The position numbers and the translations under genes are program-made. The notes beneath the pieces were generated by a model. That model saw only the letters and a program-made list of their open reading frames with translations. It searched no databases and was not told the origin of the DNA. This document shows, piece after piece, positions 20,119-29,683 of a stretch of 64,000 nt of DNA. The first letter of the stretch is position 1, and each line of letters begins with the position of its first letter. Where the stretch lies: the NCBI GenBank assembly GCA_041675085.1, contig JBAYUN010000001.1:87347-151346 (forward strand), written 5' to 3'. The DNA is from Minisyncoccota bacterium. GTDB lineage: Bacteria; Patescibacteriota; Minisyncoccia; Phycocordibacterales; UBA9973.

Positions 20119-21397
20119 TTTTACCGAGTATTGAAGCGATAATAAACGGGTCTGGAGACTTGGCAAGTCCAGACAAAGCATACCTTATAGGATGCAATAA
20201 TTCTCCCCTACTATCTAATTTATCGGCTATTGACATAAGTGCATTTTTAATGTTTTCTATATTGAAATCTTCTGGACTGATTTGCTCTAATGCTTCTAAT
20301 GCAGATTTAATATTCATAATGATTTTATCTTTTGAGACGTCTTTGTATATTAGACCTGTTTTATCATATTCCCCTAGCTCAAAAAAGAAGTCCAATTCCC
20401 CTATTTCTATCATATTCCTCACGTCACTCCATTTAGAAATCCTGTCGAAGATAATAGGAACAAGTTTTGTATTCTTTTTATCCTCTGGTAACCATTCTAA
20501 AATATTACTTTCTATCTCTTCTTGTGAAAGTAATTTGATATGCTCTTTGTTGAACCATTCTAATTTTTGTTCATTAAACACAGCTGGAGATTTTTGCACT
20601 CTAACTAAATCAAAAGCTTGGATCAATTCATCATGGGAAAATACTTCTTGCTCTGTGCCTGGATTCCAGCCTACAAAAGCTACACCGTTTAAAATAGCAT
20701 TAGGTAAAAATCCTAATTTTTGATATTCGCTCAAAGCTTTTGCACCTCTTCTTTTTGAGAGTTTGAGTTTATCTGGACCTAGGACTAAAGGTAAATGCGC
20801 ATATATCGGCGTATTAGCACCGATAGCTCTTTGGATCAAGATTTGTCTCGGAGTATTAGAGACATGATCTTCTCCACGTATTACATGAGTCACTCCTTCT
20901 TCAAAATCATCCACAACTACTGCTAGATGAAAAAGAGGTTCATTCATATTTTTAGCTATCACGAAATCCCCCAAGTCTGTCGTATTCATAGTCACAGTAC
21001 CTTTAATAACATCTTCGAAAGATATATCTATGTTTGGATTCTTGAAGCGGACTATTTCTTTTATTACTCCACTACCGTCTTTAGCTTCTTCTTTAGAAAT
21101 ATAAGCATGCCCATTCGAGATCATTTGCTCTAGATATTTCTTATGAGTCTCTACGTGTTCTGACTGACGATAAAAACTATCATAATTCAAATCCATCCAT
21201 TTCAAACTAGCGAGTATATCGTCTTCGTATTCTTTTTTGTTTCTTTCTTTATCTGTATCTTCGATACGCAACACAAATTCGCCACCATGTTTTTTAGCAA
21301 ATAAATAAGCAAAAATAGCGGTACGATAAGCACCTAAATGCAACAATCCTGTAGGACTAGGAGCAAAACGAGTAATAACTTTTTTATGTTCTTCCAT
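20081..21397 (-). CDS. gltX: Glutamyl-tRNA synthetase
   Basis: RFAPSPTGLLHLGAYRTAIF (HIGH region) and KLSKR (KMSKS). Confidence 0.85.
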   Translation of the reverse strand: MEEHKKVITRFAPSPTGLLHLGAYRTAIFAYLFAKKHGGEFVLRIEDTDKERNKKEYEDDILASLKWMDLNYDSFYRQSEHVETHKKYLEQMISNGHAYISKEEAKDGSGVIKEIVRFKNPNIDISFEDVIKGTVTMNTTDLGDFVIAKNMNEPLFHLAVVVDDFEEGVTHVIRGEDHVSNTPRQILIQRAIGANTPIYAHLPLVLGPDKLKLSKRRGAKALSEYQKLGFLPNAILNGVAFVGWNPGTEQEVFSHDELIQAFDLVRVQKSPAVFNEQKLEWFNKEHIKLLSQEEIESNILEWLPEDKKNTKLVPIIFDRISKWSDVRNMIEIGELDFFFELGEYDKTGLIYKDVSKDKIIMNIKSALEALEQISPEDFNIENIKNALMSIADKLDSRGELLHPIRYALSGLAKSPDPFIIASILGKNETIKRLQNAIV

Positions 21398-21457
21398 AGA
21401 CCTATTTTAACATAAAAAGCTCGGATTTTGTAGGATTATATTTCTAAAAACAAACTC

Positions 21458-22588
21458 CTATTTCTCATGAGACAAAGCAATATCTACTATTTCTCTGGCT
21501 ATTGTGTTTGCTGCGTCGGGTTTGTAGAAAGCTTGAGCGTTCTTGGACATGCTAATATGTACATTTTTATTTGAGATAATTCTATCTATTTCTGAATTCA
21601 AGATATTTGCAGTCATGTTCATTTCTTCTATTACGATACAAGCTCCAGCTCGAGCGTAAGCAAAAGCATTTTTCTTGGAATGGTCGGCATTGGAAACAGT
21701 AAAAGGAATAAGGATAGAAGGTACACCCCAAGAAGCTATTTCGAAAATAGTTGAACCTGCACGAGATATGATGAGCTCAGTCGCTCCAGCAGCCATCTTC
21801 ATTTGTAGAGGGTTGAGAAAAGCGATAGGTGTATATCTAGCTTTGTTGACGTTACTTTCTAATACTACATCAGCACGAGCTTTTACATTTTTAAAATTCT
21901 TAACTCCTGTTTGGTGAATGATCTGATATTTTTTTACTAAATCAGGTAAAGCGTCTATGACGGTATTGTTGATAAGTTCTGCACCTTGAGATCCACCAAG
22001 CACCAAGAGCACCGGCAAGTCGGATTCCAAAGACCAGAATCTCAAAGACTCTTCACGTCCTTCTTTTTGTTCTATTTCTTTACGTACAGGTTGACCTGTG
22101 TAGACTGTAGTTGCTTTTGGAAAAAATTCAGCACTATCTTTAAAAGAAATGGCGACACGTTTTGCGAATTTGGAGGCAAAGACATTTACCCTACCTGGAC
22201 CTGCATCGGATTCATGAATGATTACAGGGATATTTAATAGCTTGGCAGCGAAAACTACAGGAAAAGCAGCGTAACCACCTTTACTAAAAATCACATCAGG
22301 ATAAATAGCAAAGATTCTGATGAGTGCATTTAATACACCAAAAAAAGTTTTGAATATATCAAAAATATTTTGAATAGAAAAATATGTTCTCATTTTCCCT
22401 GTTGGTATTTCTCTAAAAATTAAATTATTTTCGAAAAGAGCTTGTTTGTCGTATGGTTCAGTAGAGATATAATACAATTTTGCACCCAAGATATTTTCTT
22501 TACTGATGATTTGATTGACTCTTTCTGAGACTGCAATAATAGGATAAAAATGTCCTCCTGTACCTCCACCTGTAAAAACTATTTTCAT
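21458..22588 (-). CDS. murG: UDP-GlcNAc:lipid I N-acetylglucosaminyltransferase
   Basis: MKIVFTGGGTGGHFYPIIAV N-terminus, GT28 architecture. Confidence 0.85.
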   Translation of the reverse strand: MKIVFTGGGTGGHFYPIIAVSERVNQIISKENILGAKLYYISTEPYDKQALFENNLIFREIPTGKMRTYFSIQNIFDIFKTFFGVLNALIRIFAIYPDVIFSKGGYAAFPVVFAAKLLNIPVIIHESDAGPGRVNVFASKFAKRVAISFKDSAEFFPKATTVYTGQPVRKEIEQKEGREESLRFWSLESDLPVLLVLGGSQGAELINNTVIDALPDLVKKYQIIHQTGVKNFKNVKARADVVLESNVNKARYTPIAFLNPLQMKMAAGATELIISRAGSTIFEIASWGVPSILIPFTVSNADHSKKNAFAYARAGACIVIEEMNMTANILNSEIDRIISNKNVHISMSKNAQAFYKPDAANTIAREIVDIALSHEK

Positions 22589-22592
22589 AAAA

Positions 22593-23702
22593 TTAAATTG
22601 TTGTTTTTGTTTTTGAAACTTGTAAAATTAAACCGATTGCGACCAGATAAATCATCAAAGAAGTTCCTCCATGACTCATAAATACGAGAGGTACTCCAGT
22701 CAACGGAAACACTCCAATCACAGAAGCAATATGCAAAAATGATTGCGCTATCATAAGTATAACAATTCCAGAGACTAAAAGTCTACCAAAGACATCAGAC
22801 GCATTGTTGGCAATGTGAAAACCTCTCAAAGACCAAAGCATGTACAAAAATATAGTTATAACTCCTCCGACAAAACCAAGTTCTTCTCCTAAAACAGCAA
22901 ATATCGAGTCCCCTTGTGGCTCAGGCAGGTACGTAAATTTCTGAATACTTTGACCGTATCCCCTCCCAAAAACTCCTCCTGAACCTATAGCTATCAAGGA
23001 TTGCTGAATCTGATAGGCTGAACCTTTGGAGTCATGTGAGGGATTTATAAAAGTCTTAACTCTGTCTTGTAAATACGGAGTAAAAAATACTAATACTGAA
23101 AGAAATATCGTTACGATTATTCCAGAAAAAGCGATGTAGCGCATAGGTACTCCTCCGATAAAAAGCATAGATATACCTGTGACTGATATGAGGATAAAAC
23201 TCTTTGTGTCGGGTTGATTTAAAAGTATTAGAGCTATAAGACCGAGCATGATAGCAAGTGGTAGCATTCCAAATCTAAAATCAGAAACTTTATGTTTAGC
23301 CCAAGATAACCAAGCAGCAAAATAAATAATAAAACCGAATTTCAAAATCTCGGCGGGTTGAAAAGAAATAGGCCCGATATCTATCCATCTCAAAGCTCCT
23401 CCATGGGAAAATCCAAGTCCAGGTATATATACCGAAGCTGTAAGTAATATAGAACACAAGAATATATAAAAAGCGTATTTTTTCCAGATCTTGTAGTCTA
23501 TCCTAGAAGCTAAATACATACCGATAAAACCCAAGCCGAGACCTAGGACAATTTGTTTCAATAAAATATCATAGAAAACATTTGCATTCTTATTCAAGAC
23601 GCCCAAAGAAGCCGAAGTAAACATAGCCACACCAAAGAAAACCAATATCAAGGTCAGAGTGAGGAAAAATCTATCTATTTTTTTTGTTTCTTTTCTTGGC
23701 AT
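22593..23702 (-). CDS. ftsW: SEDS-family peptidoglycan glycosyltransferase FtsW/RodA (start taken at MPRKETKK; ORF open further upstream into mraY)
   Basis: 10-TM SEDS pattern; position between mraY and murG. Confidence 0.75.
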   Translation of the reverse strand: MPRKETKKIDRFFLTLTLILVFFGVAMFTSASLGVLNKNANVFYDILLKQIVLGLGLGFIGMYLASRIDYKIWKKYAFYIFLCSILLTASVYIPGLGFSHGGALRWIDIGPISFQPAEILKFGFIIYFAAWLSWAKHKVSDFRFGMLPLAIMLGLIALILLNQPDTKSFILISVTGISMLFIGGVPMRYIAFSGIIVTIFLSVLVFFTPYLQDRVKTFINPSHDSKGSAYQIQQSLIAIGSGGVFGRGYGQSIQKFTYLPEPQGDSIFAVLGEELGFVGGVITIFLYMLWSLRGFHIANNASDVFGRLLVSGIVILMIAQSFLHIASVIGVFPLTGVPLVFMSHGGTSLMIYLVAIGLILQVSKTKTTI

Positions 23703-23703
23703 T

Positions 23704-24759
23704 TTATTTACTAATAACAAATAAAATAATTCCAATAATAGAAAATACCAGTGAGAAAATCCAGAAACGCATCGTGACTTTGTATGAAGGCCAGCCCATA
23801 GCTTCGAAATGATGATGTATTGGTGCGACTTTAAACACTCTTTTACCATTACGGAATTTCTTTGACAAAGTCTGGATAATTACAGATGCTGAAGTCACGA
23901 CTAGCGCTATCGCAACAACAGGTAAAATAAATACACTATCAGTCAAAAATGCTAATGTAGCTAGAGTAATAGTCAAAGCCATAACTCCCGTCTCGCCCAT
24001 ATAGAACCTAGCCGGCGGAATATTGAACCATAAAAATGCAAAAATGCTACCTGTTATTACAGCTGAGAAAGCGGCTAGGTCTATTTGATTATTTAGAAAA
24101 GCGATAGTTGTATATGAAGCGAAAATAGAAGCAAAAACACCTCCAGCTAGTCCGTCGATACCGTCGATAACTCCTCCCGAGAAAGTAGCGAGTGATACCA
24201 ACATGAAAAAAGGAATTATTAAAATACCTAAATACGCCTCACCCATAAAAGGTATATGCACAGCGTCCATGCCGAGTTTGTAGTAGAACCAGTATCCGAT
24301 AAAGAAAGAGATAAACATTATTAAAAACGCTTTCCAAATTCTCCAAGATTTATCATCTCGTGCATATTTTCCTGTGCCAAATATTTGTATCAGATCGTCC
24401 CAAAGTCCGATAATAGCTCCGAGTATCAGAGTAAAGAAAGGTATAAGAGTTTGATTCCTACTCAAGAAATTTAATTTATTTATATCATCAGTCGGCACAA
24501 GAAGCGACAGAAGATAAAACAAAAAAACTACCAAAGTAGCTGAGAACCAGATGATAATCCCTCCAACTCTTGGAGTTTTTAATTCTTCTGTTTCGTTATG
24601 TATTTTCTTAAAATCATTAGTTGATACATTTTCATTCCTAGAATACTTTTTCCACATTTTGTATTTGTAGAAAAAATGAGTCGCTATGGGTGTAAATAAA
24701 AGCCCCAAAAAAAATGAAGCAGTCATGGGAAGAAAAATTTTAATCAAACTAAAAAGCAT
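23704..24759 (-). CDS. mraY: Phospho-N-acetylmuramoyl-pentapeptide transferase
   Basis: Polytopic; DGIDGLAGG motif; HHHFE near C-terminus. Confidence 0.85.
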   Translation of the reverse strand: MLFSLIKIFLPMTASFFLGLLFTPIATHFFYKYKMWKKYSRNENVSTNDFKKIHNETEELKTPRVGGIIIWFSATLVVFLFYLLSLLVPTDDINKLNFLSRNQTLIPFFTLILGAIIGLWDDLIQIFGTGKYARDDKSWRIWKAFLIMFISFFIGYWFYYKLGMDAVHIPFMGEAYLGILIIPFFMLVSLATFSGGVIDGIDGLAGGVFASIFASYTTIAFLNNQIDLAAFSAVITGSIFAFLWFNIPPARFYMGETGVMALTITLATLAFLTDSVFILPVVAIALVVTSASVIIQTLSKKFRNGKRVFKVAPIHHHFEAMGWPSYKVTMRFWIFSLVFSIIGIILFVISK

Positions 24760-24795
24760 ATTGTCTATTATATGCTTTTTCGGAGTTTTTTCAAA
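24752..24795 (-). terminator. Hairpin plus T-run between lexA and mraY; the stem includes the mraY ATG (terminator/attenuator candidate)
   Basis: AAAAGCATAT-8nt-ATATGCTTTT then T-rich stretch on both strands. Confidence 0.35.
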
Positions 24796-24811
24796 TTGTT
24801 TGTATTGTGTA

Positions 24812-25378
24812 TTAGTATTTTCTTATGACAGCTTTGACTACAGCATTAATCTCTAGAGAATATTTTGGGTAGATTGGCTTGTAGTTTTTGTTGGCTGGTT
24901 CGAGCCAGACCTTGTCTCCTGTTTTACGGAAATACTTCATGGTGAATTCTCCGTCCACCTCTGCGATAACTATATCTCCTACTTTAGCATTCTTGGTCCG
25001 TTCGACTAAAACCATATCACCTTTCTCAATATGAGCGTCTATCATAGAATCACCGTCAACTTCGAGCATATAGGTCAATTCTTTTTTGTCTACAAGTAAA
25101 TCTTCTAAATTCAAAGACTCGTTTAATATCTCTTCACCTGGTGAAGGAAAACCAGCTTTGACCAGACCCAATAGCGGGATCTCTCCAAAAGATTTACTTG
25201 GAATCAATCTACCTAGATTGTCTTTATTCACGAAACCAATATCAATTAATTTATCTACTATCTTAGATACTGAGTTTTTAGACTTTAAAGCAAACAAAGT
25301 CATCATCTCAGTATAAGTAGGCATCCTTTTATTTTTACCGTAGAAAGATTGTATTTTGTTTTGATATTCGTTTTGCAT
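24812..25378 (-). CDS. lexA: LexA repressor (wHTH plus S24 peptidase)
   Basis: IPLLGLVKAGFPSPGEE linker, VDGDSM (Ser nucleophile), FTMKYF (Lys), C-terminal beta region. Confidence 0.8.
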   Translation of the reverse strand: MQNEYQNKIQSFYGKNKRMPTYTEMMTLFALKSKNSVSKIVDKLIDIGFVNKDNLGRLIPSKSFGEIPLLGLVKAGFPSPGEEILNESLNLEDLLVDKKELTYMLEVDGDSMIDAHIEKGDMVLVERTKNAKVGDIVIAEVDGEFTMKYFRKTGDKVWLEPANKNYKPIYPKYSLEINAVVKAVIRKY

Positions 25379-25381
25379 ATC

Positions 25382-25582
25382 TTAATATTTTAACACGAAA
25401 GGGAAAAATCTATTAAAGAAGCTACCTCTACTTCTTGTGTTGTATTTTATCTTCTTTAGGATAAGTTTATGATCACGAGCTTCGCGTGTGTAGTCTAGAC
25501 CTTTCATTATCTTCATATCGATAGTCTTGTTGATCTCTTGTAAATCTCTCTCTAGTATTTTTAAAAATTGATTTTGTGACAT
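25382..25582 (-). CDS. Small basic hypothetical protein (66 aa) translationally coupled upstream of lexA
   Basis: Stop TAA is 3 nt before the lexA ATG; sits downstream of the SOS-box promoter. Confidence 0.45.
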   Translation of the reverse strand: MSQNQFLKILERDLQEINKTIDMKIMKGLDYTREARDHKLILKKIKYNTRSRGSFFNRFFPFVLKY

Positions 25583-25683
25583 ATATTTACTTGTCCGCCG
25601 TAGCTTTGCGCGAAGGCTGGATTGTTTAAATTAATAAATTCTATTTATAATTCTGTACATAAATCATAATTAGATATGTATAT

Positions 25684-25713
25684 AGTATAGGTGAACGAGC
25701 GTTCACCGTCAAG
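25684..25713 (-). promoter_or_regulatory. lexA-operon promoter (-35 TTGACG, 17-nt spacer, -10 TATACT) with a Cheo-type LexA box GTGAACG-AG-CGTTCAC filling the spacer
   Basis: Perfect 7-bp-arm palindrome containing GAAC-N4-GTTC read directly at 25691-25706; hexamers flank it at 17-nt spacing on the minus strand. Confidence 0.6.
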
Positions 25714-25747
25714 AGAAAAAAGAGAAAAACTGTGGATAAGTTATACC

Positions 25748-27022
25748 TTATGCATTATTCCCTGCTACATATCCTGTCGTCCAGCAGAGTTGTAGTGAAT
25801 ATCCTCCACTTGGTCTATTAATATTCAACAAATCTCCAGTGATGAAAAGATTGTTTAGTATTTTAGAACGCATGGTTTTAGTATCTATCTCAGAGAGCAA
25901 AACTCCGCCGTCGGCTATCACTGCCCTATCGTAACCCATAAGATGAGTTACGTTTACAGGTAAAGCCTTTAAGGTATCTACTATTTTTCTCCTTTGTATT
26001 TTTGTGATGCTGTGTACTTTTGTATCTTCGTCTATATCTTTCAATAAACTCACAATACCTGGCATAGTACCTAGAGGCAATATCTCTTTCAAAACATTTT
26101 TAAAAGTTTTGTTTTTATTTTTATCAAAAATTTTAGTAATTTGTTCATCTAAAATATTTATTTCAGTATCAGGATAAGCGTCTATCTTTGCAGTTACGAT
26201 ACCTTCTTGTAATAAGTCCCAGATTTGTGAGGCAGAATTTAGTATCAAAGGACCAGATAGTCCAAAATGGGTAAATAAAATCTTGCCAGTTTTAGAGAAT
26301 GCTTTTTTAGGAATAGGACTATTTGACCTCTCTACAAAAAAAGTAATTTTCATGAAAGAGAGCGATATACCAGAGAGAGCATGAATCCATTTATCACTCG
26401 TCGCTATAGGGACTATAGTCGGAGTCGGAGCTTTGACTTTATGACCCAAATCTTCCAACCATTTAAAGCCGTCTCCAGTCGATCCAGTCTCAGGATGAGA
26501 GACGCCTCCAGTAGCCAGGATATAACTTATAGCAGTATATTCATTTTTATCTACCAATATTTTTTGAATTTTATTGCCTTCGTGGATTATATTTTTGACG
26601 ACGCTACCTGTTATGACTTTAACATTATTGTCTTTCAAAGCTTTGACCATGACTCGCACGACGTCACTCGCTTTTTCTGTATGAGGGAAAGCGCGATTTC
26701 GAGCTTGGACTACCAAAGGTAGATTTAGATTTTCAAAAAATGAAAAAGTATCTTTGACTCCAAAAGAAGAAAAAGTAGAAAACAAGAATTCTGAAGATTT
26801 GCCGTAATTTTTTAAAAATTCTCGAGTATCATAAGTCGCATTAGTAATATTGCAACGTCCTCCACCTGAGATTTTTAATTTCTCACCGAGATTTTTATTC
26901 TTCTCTATCAGTAATACTTTTCTACCTCGGCGACCAGCTTCTATAGCAGACATTATCCCGCTCGCTCCTCCACCTATCACAATCACGTCGTAGGATAAAG
27001 TGTTTGATTTAGAATTTTTCAT
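25748..27022 (-). CDS. HI0933/BaiN-like NAD(P)/FAD-binding flavoprotein
   Basis: YDVIVIGGGASGIMSAIEAGRRGRKVLLIEKN dinucleotide fold; GGGRCNITN motif of the HI0933 family. Confidence 0.7.
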   Translation of the reverse strand: MKNSKSNTLSYDVIVIGGGASGIMSAIEAGRRGRKVLLIEKNKNLGEKLKISGGGRCNITNATYDTREFLKNYGKSSEFLFSTFSSFGVKDTFSFFENLNLPLVVQARNRAFPHTEKASDVVRVMVKALKDNNVKVITGSVVKNIIHEGNKIQKILVDKNEYTAISYILATGGVSHPETGSTGDGFKWLEDLGHKVKAPTPTIVPIATSDKWIHALSGISLSFMKITFFVERSNSPIPKKAFSKTGKILFTHFGLSGPLILNSASQIWDLLQEGIVTAKIDAYPDTEINILDEQITKIFDKNKNKTFKNVLKEILPLGTMPGIVSLLKDIDEDTKVHSITKIQRRKIVDTLKALPVNVTHLMGYDRAVIADGGVLLSEIDTKTMRSKILNNLFITGDLLNINRPSGGYSLQLCWTTGYVAGNNA

Positions 27023-27035
27023 TTTAATATAGAAA

Positions 27036-28526
27036 TTATTTTTTACTACCTAAGTCTAGAATATCATCGATGCGGATTTGAGACACGAATTCTGGTACGT
27101 GAGATACTAGTATCATAGCGCCTTTGTATTCACTAAGAGCTTTAGCTATTATCGGTAAATGTCTGAAGTTTATGTGGTTTGTAGGCTCGTCTAAAATCAA
27201 AAGACCCGGGGCTTCGATAACCAAAGTAGCGAACGCTACAAGGCCTTTTTGACCTTCTGAGAGACTACCTATCTTTGTATGGATCATCTCGCCTGTGATT
27301 AAAAATCCTGCAGCAATAGCTCGGAATCTCTCTTCCTCTATACGTCCAGTGATTTTAAGCATTGTAGAAGATAAACATTGATGCACAGTTTGATTGAAAT
27401 CTAGCGTCGAGAAATCTTGACGATAGTATCCGATACGGACGTCAGGATGCAATATCGCGCCAAGGGCTTTGCCGCTAGTACGACCTGTAGCGATAGATTC
27501 GAGTAGAGTACTCTTGCCGATACCGTTTGGACCTGAGAGAATTAGATGCATATTCTTGCGTAATTTTACATTAACTTTTTTCTCGACTGGCTCACCTTTT
27601 TCTAGTATCGAAATACTTTCTAGGTTTAAAATATCTCCTATCAAATCTTCTTGAGCTGGAATAGTAAAATTCTTGATAGTTTTATCTTCTTTGCGAACAT
27701 CTACTTTTTCTTCTTCTAGTTCTTCTGCTAGTTCACGCATGCGTCTCGCTACTAGACGTAAATTTCCTCCTTTCATGGCGAATTTGTTTGATTGATCTTT
27801 TTTAGCTTGGATTTCCTTTGAGAGTTGAGCGTTCTTTCTATTCTCTCTTTCCATACGGGCTGTAATCTGATCACGCACGTCGGTATAGTTGCCGAGATAT
27901 TGTTCTATTTTTCTAGTATAAACGTCGAGGTACAAGACAGCATCTGTAAAAGCATTCAAGAAATGTGCATCGTGAGAAATAACTATCACTGTCTTCTTAT
28001 AATTCACTAAGAATTCTGTAAGGTGAGCGATACCTGCTTTGTCTAGATTGTTCGTAGGCTCGTCGAGGAGCAAGATATCCGGCTCTTGAATCAAAGCTGA
28101 AGCGAGCAAGAGACGAGCTTGTTGACCACCAGAGAAAGTTTTGATTATCCTGTCGTGGATTTTAGTATGATCTTTAAGATTAACTATTTCTAGTACTTCA
28201 TCAATTTTAGGATCGATATCATACACCTTAGATTTAAAACATTTTTGAAAAAAGTCGCGCACAGTAAGCTCGAGTTCATCACGAGGGATAACTTGTCTTG
28301 ATAGAGCTATAGTCGCATTATCAGAGATAATAGCTCGCCCACTTTCGGTCTCAAAAGTCCCTGTGATTAGATTAAAAAGAGTACTTTTCCCTGCACCGTT
28401 TTGACCCATTATAGTCACCTTCATTCCACGACGCACAGAAAAATCCACCTCTTCCAAAATAGGTTTGTTGTGACCATATTCAAATGACACTTTTTCAAAG
28501 CGTATTAAAACTTCCCCGTGAGCCAT
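27036..28526 (-). CDS. ABC-F family ATPase (two tandem ABC domains, no TMD)
   Basis: Two Walker A (GQNGAGKST, GPNGIGKST) and two signature motifs (LSGGQQARL, LSEGQKGLV) with inter-domain linker. Confidence 0.75.
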   Translation of the reverse strand: MAHGEVLIRFEKVSFEYGHNKPILEEVDFSVRRGMKVTIMGQNGAGKSTLFNLITGTFETESGRAIISDNATIALSRQVIPRDELELTVRDFFQKCFKSKVYDIDPKIDEVLEIVNLKDHTKIHDRIIKTFSGGQQARLLLASALIQEPDILLLDEPTNNLDKAGIAHLTEFLVNYKKTVIVISHDAHFLNAFTDAVLYLDVYTRKIEQYLGNYTDVRDQITARMERENRKNAQLSKEIQAKKDQSNKFAMKGGNLRLVARRMRELAEELEEEKVDVRKEDKTIKNFTIPAQEDLIGDILNLESISILEKGEPVEKKVNVKLRKNMHLILSGPNGIGKSTLLESIATGRTSGKALGAILHPDVRIGYYRQDFSTLDFNQTVHQCLSSTMLKITGRIEEERFRAIAAGFLITGEMIHTKIGSLSEGQKGLVAFATLVIEAPGLLILDEPTNHINFRHLPIIAKALSEYKGAMILVSHVPEFVSQIRIDDILDLGSKK

Positions 28527-28583
28527 ATAAATCTTATATTACAACAAAATCCTCCAAAAAGCCAGCATTATTATAAATAAAAA

Positions 28584-28615
28584 AGCAGTTTTATATTTAA
28601 TAAAACTGCTTTAAT
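28584..28615 (-). terminator. Intrinsic terminator downstream of the 28627-28983 gene
   Basis: AGCAGTTTTAT/ATAAAACTGCT stem followed on the minus strand by TTTTTTATTTAT. Confidence 0.55.
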
Positions 28616-28626
28616 TCAAATTATTC

Positions 28627-28983
28627 TTACTCAAGAAAGTCAGGATACATTGTAACTTTCTTTCTGATTGCTGGACCTTTATAAGAAAATAAGCCTCTTT
28701 CTTCTACATAGTTCTTCATGCTATTAATGATTTCATTGTATTCTTCAGAATGAAGAATAAATTTTTTTTTATGTTCTTCTGATTCTAAAATATCTATCTG
28801 CTTATTAAAACGAAATTTAGTGTAACATTCTATTAATAGTGGTAAATAATTTTCTTTATTTAAAGAATATTTACTTTCAGAATAGTCTTCTCTTAACAAT
28901 GCTTTAATACAGTTTTTATAATATTCTAAAACTAAATTGTAGTCCAGCCCACTGATATTAGCATCAATATTTACTTGTTTCAT
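28627..28983 (-). CDS. Hypothetical protein (118 aa)
   Basis: ORF with own terminator; no recognisable motif. Confidence 0.4.
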   Translation of the reverse strand: MKQVNIDANISGLDYNLVLEYYKNCIKALLREDYSESKYSLNKENYLPLLIECYTKFRFNKQIDILESEEHKKKFILHSEEYNEIINSMKNYVEERGLFSYKGPAIRKKVTMYPDFLE

Positions 28984-29060
28984 TTTATGTAAATTTAAAA
29001 TAACAAAACCAATATTGGTTCTAGATACATAGAAGCATAAATTTATACAAAAATCAATAA

Positions 29061-29675
29061 CTAACTAGCCAATTCAAAATCACTATTTAGGATATTTTCT
29101 TTCTTTTCTACTTTTTGATTTTCTACTTCACAGTTGGATTTAGCATATATAAGTCTCTTTGATTCTTCTGATCTGTCTGGCAATAATTCCCCATCGAAAT
29201 TATCTATCAATCTATAACGCAATTTTACTAAGTCCTCACCTTCAAAAGTATATATCTCTCTTTCTTTACCTTTTGAACCTTCAACAGTATAAGCGTAGAC
29301 GACTTCTATCTCTCCGTCTTTCACAGAACCCGTAAGTGAACCCTTGAATCCATTACTAACCCCAGGTCCGCTCTGCACTCCAGTCTTAGTACCACTAACT
29401 CTATTATTTAAAATATTGAGAACTACACTCTCTTCTGAAGAATAAGGCTCCGCATCAGTCGCGACTTGCTTGCGATAGAAACAGTATTTTCCGTCCAATA
29501 TTTCTTTTGAAGTCTTTTCTGTTTCTTTCGCAAATTCTACCACTTCAGGAACTGGTAAATTTTTGATTTCTTTATTCTCGCCTCCTAAATAAAAACCGAT
29601 AACAAAAGTCGCTACAAATAAAATCACAGCTATTAATTTTGAGTACCAAGTAACTTTATGAAATTCGATTGGCAT
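29061..29675 (-). CDS. Hypothetical membrane-anchored protein
   Basis: N-terminal TM, Gly/Ser/Thr-rich periplasmic portion. Confidence 0.4.
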   Translation of the reverse strand: MPIEFHKVTWYSKLIAVILFVATFVIGFYLGGENKEIKNLPVPEVVEFAKETEKTSKEILDGKYCFYRKQVATDAEPYSSEESVVLNILNNRVSGTKTGVQSGPGVSNGFKGSLTGSVKDGEIEVVYAYTVEGSKGKEREIYTFEGEDLVKLRYRLIDNFDGELLPDRSEESKRLIYAKSNCEVENQKVEKKENILNSDFELAS

Positions 29676-29683
29676 AATATTAA

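Noticed and set aside
20064-20723. 219-aa plus-strand ORF antisense to gltX
   Set aside because: Ser/Leu/Ile low-complexity translation; gltX on the opposite strand has strong class-I synthetase motifs
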